From Candidatus Neomicrothrix subdominans (GTDB lineage Bacteria > Actinomycetota > Acidimicrobiia > Acidimicrobiales > Microtrichaceae), in contig JADJZA010000003.1 in the NCBI GenBank assembly GCA_016719385.1, forward strand, positions 4,161 to 68,160: DNA of 64,000 nt. The letters are read 5' to 3'. Shown here piece after piece: positions 37,132-47,423 of the stretch (position 1 is the first letter of the stretch; every line of letters starts with the position of its first letter). The position numbers and the translations under genes are program-made. The notes under the pieces are model-generated. The model was not told the DNA's origin, ran no database searches, and was given only the letters and a program-made list of their open reading frames with translations.

Positions 37132-37923
37132 TCAGCCCAGCGTGGTGGCCGCCGCTCCAGACGCGATGCGATGCCTTCCTGGGCATTCTCCGACGAGAAC
37201 AACGCAGCGGACCTCTCGATCAGCCGCTCCGCATCGGAATCGAACGTTGCGAGGATCCGGTGGGTGGCGAGCTGTTTGGAGGCGGCCAGGCCCTGCGGCG
37301 AACACTTCCGGAACGACGCCGCCAACCCGGCGACCGCCTCGTCGGGATCCTCGGTTGCGATCGTGACCAGCCCGATACGTTCCGCCTCGGCAGCGTCGAA
37401 ACGGTCGCCGGTGAGGTAGTACCGCGACGCCGCCCGGTCGGTCAGGCGGGCCAACACCGTCAGCGAGATCACCGCGGGCGACAGGCCCAGCCGGGCCTTG
37501 GTGAGCGCAAAACTCGACGTCAACCCGGCGACGGAGACGTCGCAGGCCGCAAAACAGTCCCAGACCGCCCGCACGAACGTTGCCCTCCACCTTGGCCACC
37601 ACCGGCTTGTCCAGCTCGACGATCTGGCGCAACAACGCCACCAGACGCGCCACCCCCTTGGCCGGTCCGCCCTCGCGTGCACCCTCGGCGAGGTCGGCAC
37701 CGGCACAGAACGTGTTGGACGTGTGGGTCAGCACGACGGCGCGGACGGTGTCGTCGGCCTCGATGTCGCGAAGATGCCCGGCGAGTTCTCCGACCAGCCG
37801 GGAACTCAACGCATTGCGGTTCTCCGGCGAATCCAACGTGAGCGTGGCAATCCGGTCGGCGTCGTGACGAAGCACGAGCGGCGCCTCGGCTGAGGACGGG
37901 TCGGTGCTTGGGGAGGTGTCCAT
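37128..37923 (-). pseudogene. Enoyl-CoA hydratase/isomerase, frameshift in a T4 run (or sequencing error)
   Basis: ..LTLDSPENRNALS...FCAGADL...KPVVAKVEGNVRAGGLGLF changes frame to AACDVSVAGLTSSFALTKARLGLSPAV. The run is aaaa on the + strand near 37551-37554. Confidence 0.65.
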
Positions 37924-38920
37924 CAGTACGACTTTGGCAGGCCCAGGCTGTGCTGGGCGACGAAGTTGAGGATCATCTCCCGACTGACCGGCGCGATGAG
38001 CGACAGCTTGGATGCTGCGATAAGTGCGCCCAGCCCGTATTCGCTGGCCAGGCCGTTGCCACCCAGAGTCTGCACCGCCTGATCGACCGCCCGGGGTGCC
38101 GGCCTCACCGGCCGCGTGCTTCGCCATGTTGGCCGCCTCACCCGCACCCATGTGGTCGCCCTGGTCGTACAACGTCGCGGCCTTCTGCATCATCAGCTTC
38201 GCCAATTGCACCTCGATGTGGGCCTGCGCGAGCGGGTGCGCAACGCCTTGATGGGATCCGATCGGTTTGTCGCGCCACACCACCCGCTCCTTCGCGTACT
38301 CGGTGGCCACCCCGAGCGCGTAGCGAGCCATGCCGACCGCAAACGCCGAGGCCATGATCCGTTCCGGGTTGAGCCCCGCAAACAGCTGGTCGATCGCCGC
38401 GTCCTCGGCGCCCACCAGCGCGTCGGCGGGCAGCCGGACGTCATCGAGAAACACGCTGAACTGCCGATCGGCGCTGATGATGTCCATCTCGATCTTGGTG
38501 TACTCCAGCCCGGCGGCGCCGGTGGGCACGACGAAGAGCACCGGCTTGAGGGCGCCGGTGGTCGAGTCCTCGGTTCGGGCCACCACCAGCACGTTGCTGG
38601 CGACGTCGACGCCGGAGATGTAGGTCTTGGCACCGTTGAGTATCCAGTCGTCGCCGTCGCGACGGGCGGTGGTGGTGATGCGGTGCGGCGCCGAACTCCT
38701 CCTCGACGATCGCCAGCTCGTACATGCCGCCGCCACCGCCGCCGTACTCGGTGGGCAGGTTGATCCCCAGGTACCCGAGCTTGCCCGCCTCGGCGTACAG
38801 CTCGGACATGTCACCTCCGGCGCGGGCCTTGGTGACCATGTAGTCGTAGCCGTAGGAGCCACCCAGCTGGGCGACCGCCTGACGAAGCGCCATCTGTTCG
38901 GCTGTTTCGGCAAAGCTCAT
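37923..38920 (-). pseudogene. Acyl-CoA dehydrogenase with an internal deletion and a frameshift
   Basis: N-terminus MSFAETAEQMALRQ...GINLPTEYGGGGGGMYELAIVEEE. It then jumps to ..RDGDDWILNGAKTYISG... The C-terminal QAVQTLGGNGLASEYGL..SREMILNFVAQ lies in a third frame. About 150 nt too short for the family. Confidence 0.6.
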
Positions 38921-40353
38921 GCGTTCTCCTCAGCGACGACGGCAAGCACGACGCCCACCTCGACCTGTCGTTGTTCGGTGACGTCTACTTCGGTGATCGT
39001 GCCGGTGACCGGCGCGTAGATCTGGTGCTGCATCTTCATCGCCTCCAGCCACATCAGCGGCTGCCCGGCGACGACCTCGTCGTCCGCGGCGACCGCGATG
39101 CGCACGATCGAACCCGGCATGGGCGCCAACAGCGACCCCGGAGCGCTCTGGTCGTCCGCGCTGGGGAACCGGCTGGCCGTCTCCAGCGCAACGGGTCCGA
39201 GCGGGGAGTCGACGTACACGAGGCGCCCGTCTGTCGCAGCATCCCCGTAGATGGCGACCTCGAAGCGGCGCTGCACGCCGGCGGTTCGCAGCACCACCCG
39301 ATCGGGAGCCATCGAGACGAGTTCCACGGCATCGAAGGCGTCGGCTTGCAGTCCATCCCGCGTGACCCGGCAGAACACGTCGATGCGTCGATCGTGTCGG
39401 TCCGGCTCGGCCGTCCCGGCCACCGTCCTGTCGAGGAGGTGGAACGACTTGTGCTGGGGTTGGGACACGACGTTGCGCCAGCCGCTCGGCAGGCCCGCCA
39501 GCACGGTTGCGGCACGCTGGTTGTCTGCCGCCAGCGCGAGGGCGCCCGCAAGGGCCGACAGCGACGTGGCCTCCTCGTCGGCGAGCGGTACGCTGAGCGC
39601 TGGCAGCTCATGACGGTCGAGGAAGGCCGTGTCTGTGTCGCCAGCCTGGAACGCCGGGTGATCCAGGATTCTCACGAGCAGTGCCCGGTCGGTGCGGACG
39701 CCGTGAATGGCGGCGTTGCGGAGCGCCGCAGCCAGGCGGCGGGTGGTCTCGGTGCGGGTGGGGGCCCAGGCGATGAGCTTGGCCAGCATCGGGTCGTAGT
39801 GGGTGCCGACGACCGAGGCGTCCTCAACGCCGCTGTCGAGGCGGATGCCCGAGCTGCCGCCGACGTCGAAGCCGGGCGGCAGCTTGAATTCGGTGGCCAC
39901 ACCCGGCACGGCAAAGCGATGCAGCGTGCCGCTTTGGGGCTGGTAGTTCTCGGCCGGTTCCTCCGCGTACAGCCGCACCTCAATCGCATGCCCGGCGGTC
40001 GACGGCGGGTGTTCGTCGAGGGTGCCGCCGTCGGCCACGTTCAGATGGAGTGCGACTAGGTCGGTGCCGGTGGTCACCTCGGTGACCGGGTGTTCCACCT
40101 GGAGGCGGGTGTTCATCTCCAGGAAGTAGAACCTCCCCGACTCATCGGCGAGAAACTCGGCCGAGGCGAGCTCGACCTCGTCGGCCAGCGACGCCAGATC
40201 GCCCACGACGCGCATCCCCCGACCACCGCCCCCCGACGACGCCTTGATCAGCACGGGAAGGTCGGCGTCGGTGATCCCGTCGGGGTCCAGCCGATCGAGC
40301 ACGGGCACGCCGGCTTCTGCCATCAGCGCCTTCGCCTCGGCCTTGGAGCCCAT
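38917..40353 (-). pseudogene. Acyl-CoA carboxylase alpha (biotin carboxylase + BCCP) remnant
   Basis: GSKAEAKALMAEAGVPV..LIKASSGGGGRGMRVV..^FLADESGRFYFLEMNTRLQVEHPVTE...MWLEAMKMQHQI. The N-terminal domain and part of the ATP-grasp are missing. Confidence 0.65.
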
Positions 40354-41480
40354 CTGGTTGGCCAGCTGAATGAACTGGGCGGCCCTTGTGCTCCTCGCTG
40401 AAGGGCACTCCCCGTGCTTTGGCCAGAATGCCGACGGGATAGCCATGGAGCTGCGCATCAGCCGGTGACCAGCGACGACCCGTAGAGGCCTTGAACTCGT
40501 CGACGTCCGACCCCGTCGCCGTCTTCATCAGCGGCGGGCCCGCCAGACCGATCATCGGCAGCCGGTTGGTCAACGCGATCTCGTTGGCCCGCAGCACCTT
40601 CTTGAGGATCCACGGGTTGCTCGCACCGCCCCGCACCGTCGGGTCGCTGGCGCTGGCGCTGGCGCTGGCGCTGATCATGGCTTCCACGCCGGACACAACT
40701 CCGATGCCGGTGACCACGCTGGCGCCGACGGCGTAGTCGCTCACCCAGGCGGCCAGCGCCGACTGCTCGAGGAACGGCGAGTCCTCGTCCAACAGCAACT
40801 CGATGCGTTCGCGCACCGGCAGCTTGCCCCGGCTGCGATGCCGCTCGACGTACTTGGGGCCGCCCCCACCTACCGCGGTGGCCTGCTCGGCGTCGAGGTC
40901 GGCCCCGTCGGTATCGGTGTCGATGACCAGGAGTGAGATGCCGTGTGCCCCGGCGCCGCCGGTGCGCACCGCCGCGGTGGCGTAGCTGGCGCACCCCGGA
41001 GGTGGTGAACGTCTTCGCCCCGTTGACCAGGTAGTGGTCGCCGTCGCGGACCGCGGTGGTGCGGATGCCCGCCACGTCTGACCCAGCGCGTCGAGATCGT
41101 CGATCCACCGGCCGAAGGGGCTATGGCGGGCCGGACCGCCGACGAGGCATCGGTCACCCGTCCGGTCACCACCACGTCGGATCCGGCGTTGAGCGCCGTC
41201 GCGATTCCAAACGCCCCCAGGTAGGCGTTGGCGGCGAGCGGGGACCCGTACCCCAGCTCGTCGGCCCGACCCAAGAGGCGGTCGCCTTCGACGTGGGCGT
41301 TCTCGGCCGTGACCCCGAGACGTTTCGACAGCTCACGCAGCCGGTCCGCCAGCCCGGCCGGGTTGAGCCCACCGGCGTTGACGACGATCTTGACGCCAGC
41401 GTCCATCGCCAGGCCGAGGCAGTCCTCCATTTGTCGCACGACCGTCGTGGCGTACCCCCGGTCGGGATCGGTCGACCTCA
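40354..41480 (-). pseudogene. Mosaic of fused fragments: AtuA-like (DUF1446), acyl-CoA dehydrogenase, carboxyltransferase beta
   Basis: DPDRGYATTVVRQMEDCLGLAMDAGVKIVVNAGGLNP..ANAYLGAFGIATAL..VVVTGRVTDAS; IRTTAVRDGDHYLVNGAKTFTTSG..RTGGAGAHGISLLVID; KYVERHRSRGKLPVRERIELLLDEDSPFLE..NRLPMIGL^..HGYPVGILA..AAQFIQLANQ. Confidence 0.55.
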
Positions 41481-41613
41481 CCAGCGTGCACGAGTCGGTC
41501 GGCGCTTTCCTCAGGGGTTGGCACGTCCGACCGTCAGAGCCCAGCTCGGCTTGGCTGTCACTGCCCGTCCGTATGGTGAATCAACCCCACCCATCGATTC
41601 GGAGGCACATGCC

Positions 41614-42150
41614 ATGACGATGACCGAGGACGACCGGTACCATCTCCACCAGCAGCTCGAAGAAGCACTCGACGAACGAGGAGCCAACACCATGATGGAA
41701 CTGCTTCCACCCGTGGGATGGGCCGACGTCACCACCAAACGCGACCTCGACCAACTCGAGGAACGCATGGACCTGCGCTTTCAGAACGTGGACCTCCGCT
41801 TCGACAACGTCGACTCGCGGCTGGACGAGATTTCCGAAAACACAAGTCTCCGCTTGAACCAGGCCGCCGAAACCACCAACCTCCGTTTCGACCAGGCCGC
41901 CGAAAGCACCAACCTCCGTTTCGACCAGGCCGCCGAAAGCACCAACCTCCGTTTCGACCAGGCCGCCGAAAGCACCAACCTCCGCTTCAACCAGGCCGCC
42001 GAAAGCACCAACCTCCGCTTTGAGAAGGTCGAGAAACGAATCGACGCACAAGCCGACCGGATCATCAGCAAGCTTCTGACAATCCTGGTGCCCATCATCG
42101 CGGTAGCCGTAGCGTTCTTGACAGCCATGTCGGTGTGGGGCCCAGGCTGA
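41614..42150 (+). CDS. Tail-anchored coiled-coil repeat protein, paralogue 2 (six 11-aa units)
   Basis: Near-identical to 30744..31214 but with 6 rather than 4 33-nt units (41836-42033). GGAGG lies 9 nt upstream of the ATG. Confidence 0.7.
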   Translation: MTMTEDDRYHLHQQLEEALDERGANTMMELLPPVGWADVTTKRDLDQLEERMDLRFQNVDLRFDNVDSRLDEISENTSLRLNQAAETTNLRFDQAAESTNLRFDQAAESTNLRFDQAAESTNLRFNQAAESTNLRFEKVEKRIDAQADRIISKLLTILVPIIAVAVAFLTAMSVWGPG

Positions 42151-42577
42151 TCACCGAGTCCACCGGCGGGCCACATCAACACGCGATGCCAACGCTCCCG
42201 GCGGGGCGAGCAGCGTGACCACCCCGGCACCCAACGCCAGCGCCACAACACGCCCGTCATCGCACTCGACGATCAGGTCCACCTCATGGTCGCCCCGGTG
42301 GGTTCGGAGATGACCGACCTACGCTTCTGCGACCCGCGCGTAAGTCAGGAAAGCCCGAACCGCAGATCTCCACGACGTACTCCTGTGATTACCCGGGCTG
42401 AACGATGAAGCCGAGCCGGTGAGCAGAAATGGCACCGCAGCAGCTCGGGCGCGGCGACCACCGCTCACGAACTGCAGCGGAACGACCGCCTGCACCTGGC
42501 CCCGGCCCCTCCACCCGCATCGAAGTGCAGAAGTTCCACCGGGGCGGTATGCCATTCCTGTGGGCTAACTTCCACAC

Positions 42578-42817
42578 ATGCGTTTGCACATAACATTGGA
42601 CGACGAACTTGTCGAAGAGCTCGACCGTCGCGCCGGGACTCGCCAACGAAGCGCGTACATCGAAGCAGCGGTGCGCCAGACCCTCGACGACGAACGACGT
42701 TGGGACGATGTGGAATCGGCCCTCGGCTCACTCGCCGATTCGGGGCACCCATGGGACGACGACCCGGCCACATGGGTGCGCGCACAACGTGAAGCCGACA
42801 GCCGGCGCACCGGATAG
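42578..42817 (+). CDS. vapB: RHH (CopG/VapB-like) antitoxin
   Basis: MRLHITLDDELVEELDRRAGTRQRSAYIEAAVRQTL looks like ribbon-helix-helix. Directly precedes the PIN gene. Confidence 0.7.
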   Translation: MRLHITLDDELVEELDRRAGTRQRSAYIEAAVRQTLDDERRWDDVESALGSLADSGHPWDDDPATWVRAQREADSRRTG

Positions 42818-43197
42818 TGGCCCGCCTACTCCTCGACTCGACCGTGCTCATCGACGCGCTTCGAGGGCGCCCGGCCGCCGACCGGGTCGCCGGCTTGCGA
42901 CGCCTGGGAACTCAGCCGTGGGTATGCGCCATCTCGGTCGAGGAGATCTGGCGTGGGCTCCACCCCGACGAGGAAACCCATGCGGTGAGGCTTTTTCGCG
43001 GCCTTCGATTGGCTCCGCTCGGCGTCCCCGAAGGCCGCCTCGCCGGAACCTGGCGCCGCGACTTTGCCGCAGCGGGAACCACACTGCACCAGGCCGACTG
43101 TCTCATCGCTGCGGCAGCAGTTGGGATCTCTGCTTCCCTGGCCACCGCAAACGTGCAGGACTTCCCCATGAGCGAGGTCCGGGTCGAAGCCTGGTAG
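42817..43197 (+). CDS. vapC: PIN-domain toxin VapC
   Basis: Nearly identical to 31718..32098. Confidence 0.7.
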   Translation: MARLLLDSTVLIDALRGRPAADRVAGLRRLGTQPWVCAISVEEIWRGLHPDEETHAVRLFRGLRLAPLGVPEGRLAGTWRRDFAAAGTTLHQADCLIAAAAVGISASLATANVQDFPMSEVRVEAW

Positions 43198-43385
43198 CGC
43201 TGCTTCGCTTGGCATCGACTCGTTGAGACTCCTCACACCGTGTGACGCAACCGCGTCATGTCCACCGAACCCGTGCGAAGCTGTCCTGTGGCCGAGGGAT
43301 CGGCCCCTGGTCGCCGTGCAGCAGCGATGCAGGACGAGGCTGAGCGGGCGCAAACGCACCTTCAAGATCCTCCCGGCGCCACTAT

Positions 43386-43661
43386 CTAGGCCGGGACGGC
43401 CGCCTTGGCGGCCAGGTACAGACCAGCCGGAGAAAACTCCGCGCCATTCGAGAATCGAATCGTGCCGGACTCGGAATCGACCGCCACTTCGCAGAACGCC
43501 GGGTAGTCCTCCAGCAACCAGCCGAAGTCAGGTCCGGTCAGCCAATCCTCCAGGTCGATGACCTTCACCGATCCATCATCAAACGTCAGCTCGGTCACGT
43601 AACGAGACAGCACCCGCACATCGGTCACGTCGACCAGCACGTACTCGTCAGTGCCCTTCAT
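43386..43661 (-). CDS. DUF2442-like protein
   Basis: 91-aa ORF, a duplicate of 32258..32557 with a different C-terminus. Confidence 0.5.
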   Translation of the reverse strand: MKGTDEYVLVDVTDVRVLSRYVTELTFDDGSVKVIDLEDWLTGPDFGWLLEDYPAFCEVAVDSESGTIRFSNGAEFSPAGLYLAAKAAVPA

Positions 43662-43861
43662 CCCATCCCCTTCTCATCGGCCGTCGCCTCGATCCAGCAT
43701 TTCCTCCAGCGTACCTGGGAAGGCGTGGTCAAGGGTTGCATGGAATGCCATGGTCGCCAGCGAACGATGCGACTAGAGCAAATCTTGAACCTCTCGCAAT
43801 ACCTTCGGCGGCAACCGGCCAGCAAGCATCTGAGCCGGGGTGTCGTGTGACACGACTACGT

Positions 43862-44130
43862 CACGTCCACCGAGTCCGTGCGAACCGTCCGCAACAACGT
43901 CTCCGACATCATTTGTCGCGTGCAGCAGCAGCACGAACGGATGGTCATCACCAAGACGGCGCTCCGGCGGCTGTGCTGATCAGCCGCGAAGACCTGGACT
44001 CGATGGAGGAGGCGCTCCGCGACACGGGCACTGCGGGAGCGGCTCCCCGAGGCAGTCGCCGGCTGCGGCGATCGCATTCATCACGGGACCGTGGCCGATA
44101 ACCCCCAGCGAGTCGGGGGTCTCCTTCGTA
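43862..44130 (+). pseudogene. Phd/YefM-RelE remnant (internal deletion fusing antitoxin and toxin pieces)
   Basis: STESVRTVRNNVSDIICRVQQQHERMVITK..AAVLISREDLDSMEEAL, then ERLPEAVA..ITGP.ADNPQRVGG. Parallels the intact pair 53785..54326. Confidence 0.5.
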
Positions 44131-44206
44131 GCTGGCGGGTCGATGGGGAGATCGCCACTGCCGCTCCCGGGCAGGTTGAGCGCCAATCAGCTGTCGGGAC
44201 CAGTGC

Positions 44207-45499
44207 TCACGGGCCCAGCAGAGCCGCAGGCACCACCGCCACGCCGTCTTCGGGGCGGCGGTACGCGTAGCGCCCCGAGGTCACCACCACGGCGTCGAGC
44301 AGGTCGTCACCCAACCGGTCACGAAGCCAGCGAAGGTGCACGGTGTCGTCCTGGCTCACGGTGGTCGCCAGCTTGGTCTCGATCGCCACAATGCGCCCGT
44401 CATCGCGTTCGACGATCAGGTCCACCTCATGGTCGCCGCGGTGGGTTCGGAGATGTCCAACCGACGCTTCCGCGCGCTGCGCGTACGTGCGGACCCCCAG
44501 GGTGACCAGCGACTCGAACAACGCCCCCAGCAACGATCCGTCCTGTGGTCGAGGCACCGGCCCCTGGTCGCCGTGCAGCAGCGATGCAGGTCCGAGACCG
44601 AGCAGGGTTGTGGCCAGCGCCGGATCGGTCAGGTGGTGCTTGGGAGCGGCTGCGAGCTGACGCAGGTGGCTCTGGGTGGGTTGCCAAGCCGGGAGCGGAT
44701 CGAGGATGAACAGCCGTTCCAGCATGTTTCTGTACGGTTCGGTGGTGCTGCGGGCGGGCTTGTTGCCCTCCCCCGGCGTTGCCGCATCCCTGATTTTCTC
44801 GTAGGAGGCAACGCTTGAGGTCGCAGCGGCGTACGCAGCCATCCAACGCCGCAGCGCCGCCTCCTTTCGGACCCTGAGTCCCGCCTCCACCATGTCGCGA
44901 TCCACCACGCGGTCCACGTAGCCGCGCAACTGCGCGCGCCGCACCCGTTGTGGCAGTCCCCGAATGCCGGGAAAGCCCGAACCGCAGATCTCCTCGACGT
45001 ACTCCGGCAGCCCAACCGATGTCTCGCCGGACACATCGGGTTGGGTGCCGGTCAGGATGGCGGCGAGGGAGACCGTCGGAGAACTCAGGCCACGTTCGGC
45101 GAGGATGAGTGGGCGCATGCGCACCTTCAAGATCCTTCCGGCGCCACTATGACTACCCGGGCTGAACGACGAAGCCGAGCCGGTAAGCAGAAACTGGCCC
45201 GGAGGCGCACCGGCGTCCACCGCCCGCCGGACAACATCCCAGGTCATCGGCAGGTGTTGCCACTCGTCGATCAGCACCGGCCCGGTGCCCCGCAAGTTCC
45301 GCGCGGCGGCCACCGCTTCACGAACTGCAGGATCCTCCATAAGGAAGGTCCTGGTGGCACGCTCCGCTGCCGTGGCGCTCTTGCCCACGCCCTTGGCACC
45401 CTCGAGTGAGATGGCGGCCGCTCCTGTGAACAGCTCGTCCAGCTCTCCGTCGACGGTCCGGGGCAGGTAGTGCTCAGCAGCGAGGGAGTGCGAACTCAC
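44207..45499 (-). CDS. AAA-type ATPase with DUF4143-like C-terminal domain
   Basis: ISLEGAKGVGKSATA (Walker A), VLIDEWQ (Walker B). The C-terminus HLRTHRGDHEVDLIVERDDGRIVAIETK is restriction-endonuclease-like, as in DUF4143 proteins. Confidence 0.65.
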   Translation of the reverse strand: MSSHSLAAEHYLPRTVDGELDELFTGAAAISLEGAKGVGKSATAAERATRTFLMEDPAVREAVAAARNLRGTGPVLIDEWQHLPMTWDVVRRAVDAGAPPGQFLLTGSASSFSPGSHSGAGRILKVRMRPLILAERGLSSPTVSLAAILTGTQPDVSGETSVGLPEYVEEICGSGFPGIRGLPQRVRRAQLRGYVDRVVDRDMVEAGLRVRKEAALRRWMAAYAAATSSVASYEKIRDAATPGEGNKPARSTTEPYRNMLERLFILDPLPAWQPTQSHLRQLAAAPKHHLTDPALATTLLGLGPASLLHGDQGPVPRPQDGSLLGALFESLVTLGVRTYAQRAEASVGHLRTHRGDHEVDLIVERDDGRIVAIETKLATTVSQDDTVHLRWLRDRLGDDLLDAVVVTSGRYAYRRPEDGVAVVPAALLGP

Positions 45500-45500
45500 A

Positions 45501-45591
45501 GCGTCTACGCTACAGTTCCGGCGCGTCCTACGCTACAGTTCCGGCGCGTCCTACGCTACAGTTCCGGCGCGTCCTACGCTACAGTTCCGGC
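45501..45591. repeat. Four tandem copies of a 23-bp unit gcgtcctacgctacagttccggc
   Basis: Read directly. The first unit lacks one c. A partial fifth unit follows. Begins 2 nt upstream of the ATPase start codon. Confidence 0.9.
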
Positions 45592-45753
45592 GCGTCCAGG
45601 CTACGACCTCTTCGGCGAGATCCAGCAGAACGAGCGCTATCCCCATCTCGCGAGACCGAAGCCGGCCGTGGCGGCATCTACAGCACGGGGGCCGAGTGAG
45701 CAGCGAATCGGGACTATCTCCGTTGCAGAACTTCTTTCTGCGTCGCAGCAGCA

Positions 45754-46281
45754 CTACTTCGGTGCCAGGACTTCTTTCGCACCTGCAGCTGCGTTGAAGT
45801 GGCCAAAAGCAGCTCTGAACTCCGCCTCCGACAGGTCAACGATGGAGCACGGATTGCCCGTCCAGCTCCGGACGGCCTCCGTCAGTTCATCCACCTGGGC
45901 ATCCCATTGATCTCCCCCATCTGCGGTATCCGGCCGGATCACGAAAAGATCAATATCGCTGGCGACCCCTCCGTCTCCCCGCGCAACCGAGCCGAAGAGC
46001 CATGCCCCACTCGGCGGGTACTCCCACCGACAGAGACGATCCTTCAATTGCGCAATCAGTTGACTCCGCATACCGGCCAGCGCCCGGATGCCGCTGGTCG
46101 CAAGGTGTTGCTCGTTGAGGGTGTAGAGCTTCGACGGAGGGTGATCCTCGACGAGGACGATGCCATGCTCCGCTAAATGCCGCAGGGCGAGGCTGGTTCC
46201 CTTTTGACTGAGCCGACCGTTCGAGAGGGCGGCCACCTTCCTTCCTGATAACGGCACGTACGTGCTCGCCAGTACTTCCAA
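45754..46281 (-). pseudogene. wHTH-NTase gene fused by deletion to a HEPN fragment
   Basis: Same as 35823..36473 up to ..IVDLSEAEF, then continues ..GHFNAAAGAKE, which corresponds to the HEPN fragment 35675..35866. Confidence 0.5.
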
Positions 46282-46393
46282 GACGACCCCTCCTCACCAT
46301 CTCATCGGCTGAGCGACCGGAACCGCTTCCGGCTCTGGCGGCATCTACAGCACGGCCGCCCAGGCGGAGGCCCGACCCGACGCCGACGGCTAC

Positions 46394-46726
46394 ATGACCC
46401 TCACCGACCGCATCAAGGACATGATCATCGCCGGTGGGCACAACGTGTACTCGATCGAAGTGGAGAACGCCCTGGCAGCGCACCCCGCCGCGACCGACTG
46501 CGCCATCGTGGCGAGGCCGCACCCCACCTACGGCGAGAGCATCGTCGCAATCGTCACCCCGGTCGAGGGTACAACGATCACCCTCCCCCAGGTTCAGGAG
46601 TTCTGACGGGAACGCCTCTCGCACTACAAGGTGCCCCACGACCTGATCGTCCGGCCCATCCCCCGCAACCCGTCCGGCAAAATCATGAAGCACGTCATCA
46701 GAACCGAGATGGCCGACGAAGGCTGA
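46394..46726 (+). pseudogene. Second acyl-CoA synthetase C-terminal fragment with an in-frame stop
   Basis: MTLTDRIKDMIIAGGHNVYSIEVENALAAHP...TITLPQVQEF*RERLSHYKVPHDL. TGA replaces the TGT seen at the same place in copy 34978..35561. Confidence 0.6.
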
Positions 46727-46803
46727 TCGGCGACGCTCACCTACCTCCGGTGCCTGGGGATTTGCCGGGTGTGATGCCCGACCCCGTGGGCTAATCTGAG
46801 CAC

Positions 46804-47043
46804 ATGCGTCTGCACATATCGTTGGACGGCGACCTCGTCACAGAGCTCGACCGGCGCGCCGGGACCCGCCAACGAAGCGCCTACATCGAGGCGGCACTTC
46901 GTCAGGCGCTCGAGGACGACCCGCGTTGGGAGGATGTGGAATCGGCCCTCGGTTCACTTCCCGATTCGGGGCACGCCTGGGATGACGACCCGGCCACATG
47001 GGTGCGCGCACAACGTGAAGCCGACGGCCGGCGCGCCGGATAA
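46804..47043 (+). CDS. vapB: RHH (CopG/VapB-like) antitoxin, diverged third copy
   Basis: MRLHISLDGDLVTELDRRAGTRQRSAYIEAALRQAL. Confidence 0.65.
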   Translation: MRLHISLDGDLVTELDRRAGTRQRSAYIEAALRQALEDDPRWEDVESALGSLPDSGHAWDDDPATWVRAQREADGRRAG

Positions 47044-47423
47044 TGGCGCGACTGCTGCTCGACTCGACCGTGCTCATCGACGCTCTTCGAGGCCGTCCGG
47101 CCGCCGATCGAGTCGCCGGATTGCGACGCCTGGGAACTCAACCATGGGTGTGCGCCATCTCGGTCGAGGAGATCTGGCGCGGGCTCCACTCTGAGGAGGA
47201 AGCCCACGCTGTGCGGCTGTTCCGCGGCCTTCGGTTGGCACCGCTCGGCGTTCCCGAAGGCCGCCTCGCCGGGACGTGGCGTCGCGACTTTGCCGCAGCG
47301 GGGACCACCCTGCACCAAGCCGACTGCCTCATCGCTGCGGCCGCAGTTGGAATCTCGGCTTCCCTCGCCACAGCGAACGTGCAGGACTTCCCCATGAGCG
47401 AGCTGCGGGTCGAAGCCTGGTAG
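47043..47423 (+). CDS. vapC: PIN-domain toxin VapC, third copy
   Basis: 126 aa, collinear with the other two VapC copies and differing at a few residues. Confidence 0.7.
   Translation: MARLLLDSTVLIDALRGRPAADRVAGLRRLGTQPWVCAISVEEIWRGLHSEEEAHAVRLFRGLRLAPLGVPEGRLAGTWRRDFAAAGTTLHQADCLIAAAAVGISASLATANVQDFPMSELRVEAW

Noticed and set aside
37132-38913. Single 593-aa minus-strand ORF
   Set aside because: It is an artefact of frameshifts and deletions joining an acyl-CoA dehydrogenase remnant to an enoyl-CoA hydratase. It is not a genuine fusion protein.
41056-41613. Upstream 186 aa of ORF 41056..42150
   Set aside because: Antisense to the AtuA-like and ACAD fragments. The coiled-coil gene has its own SD and an ATG at 41614, as in the duplicate at 30744.
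45501-45591. Possible CRISPR array
   Set aside because: The units are directly adjacent with no spacers. There are only four copies and no cas genes in the window.
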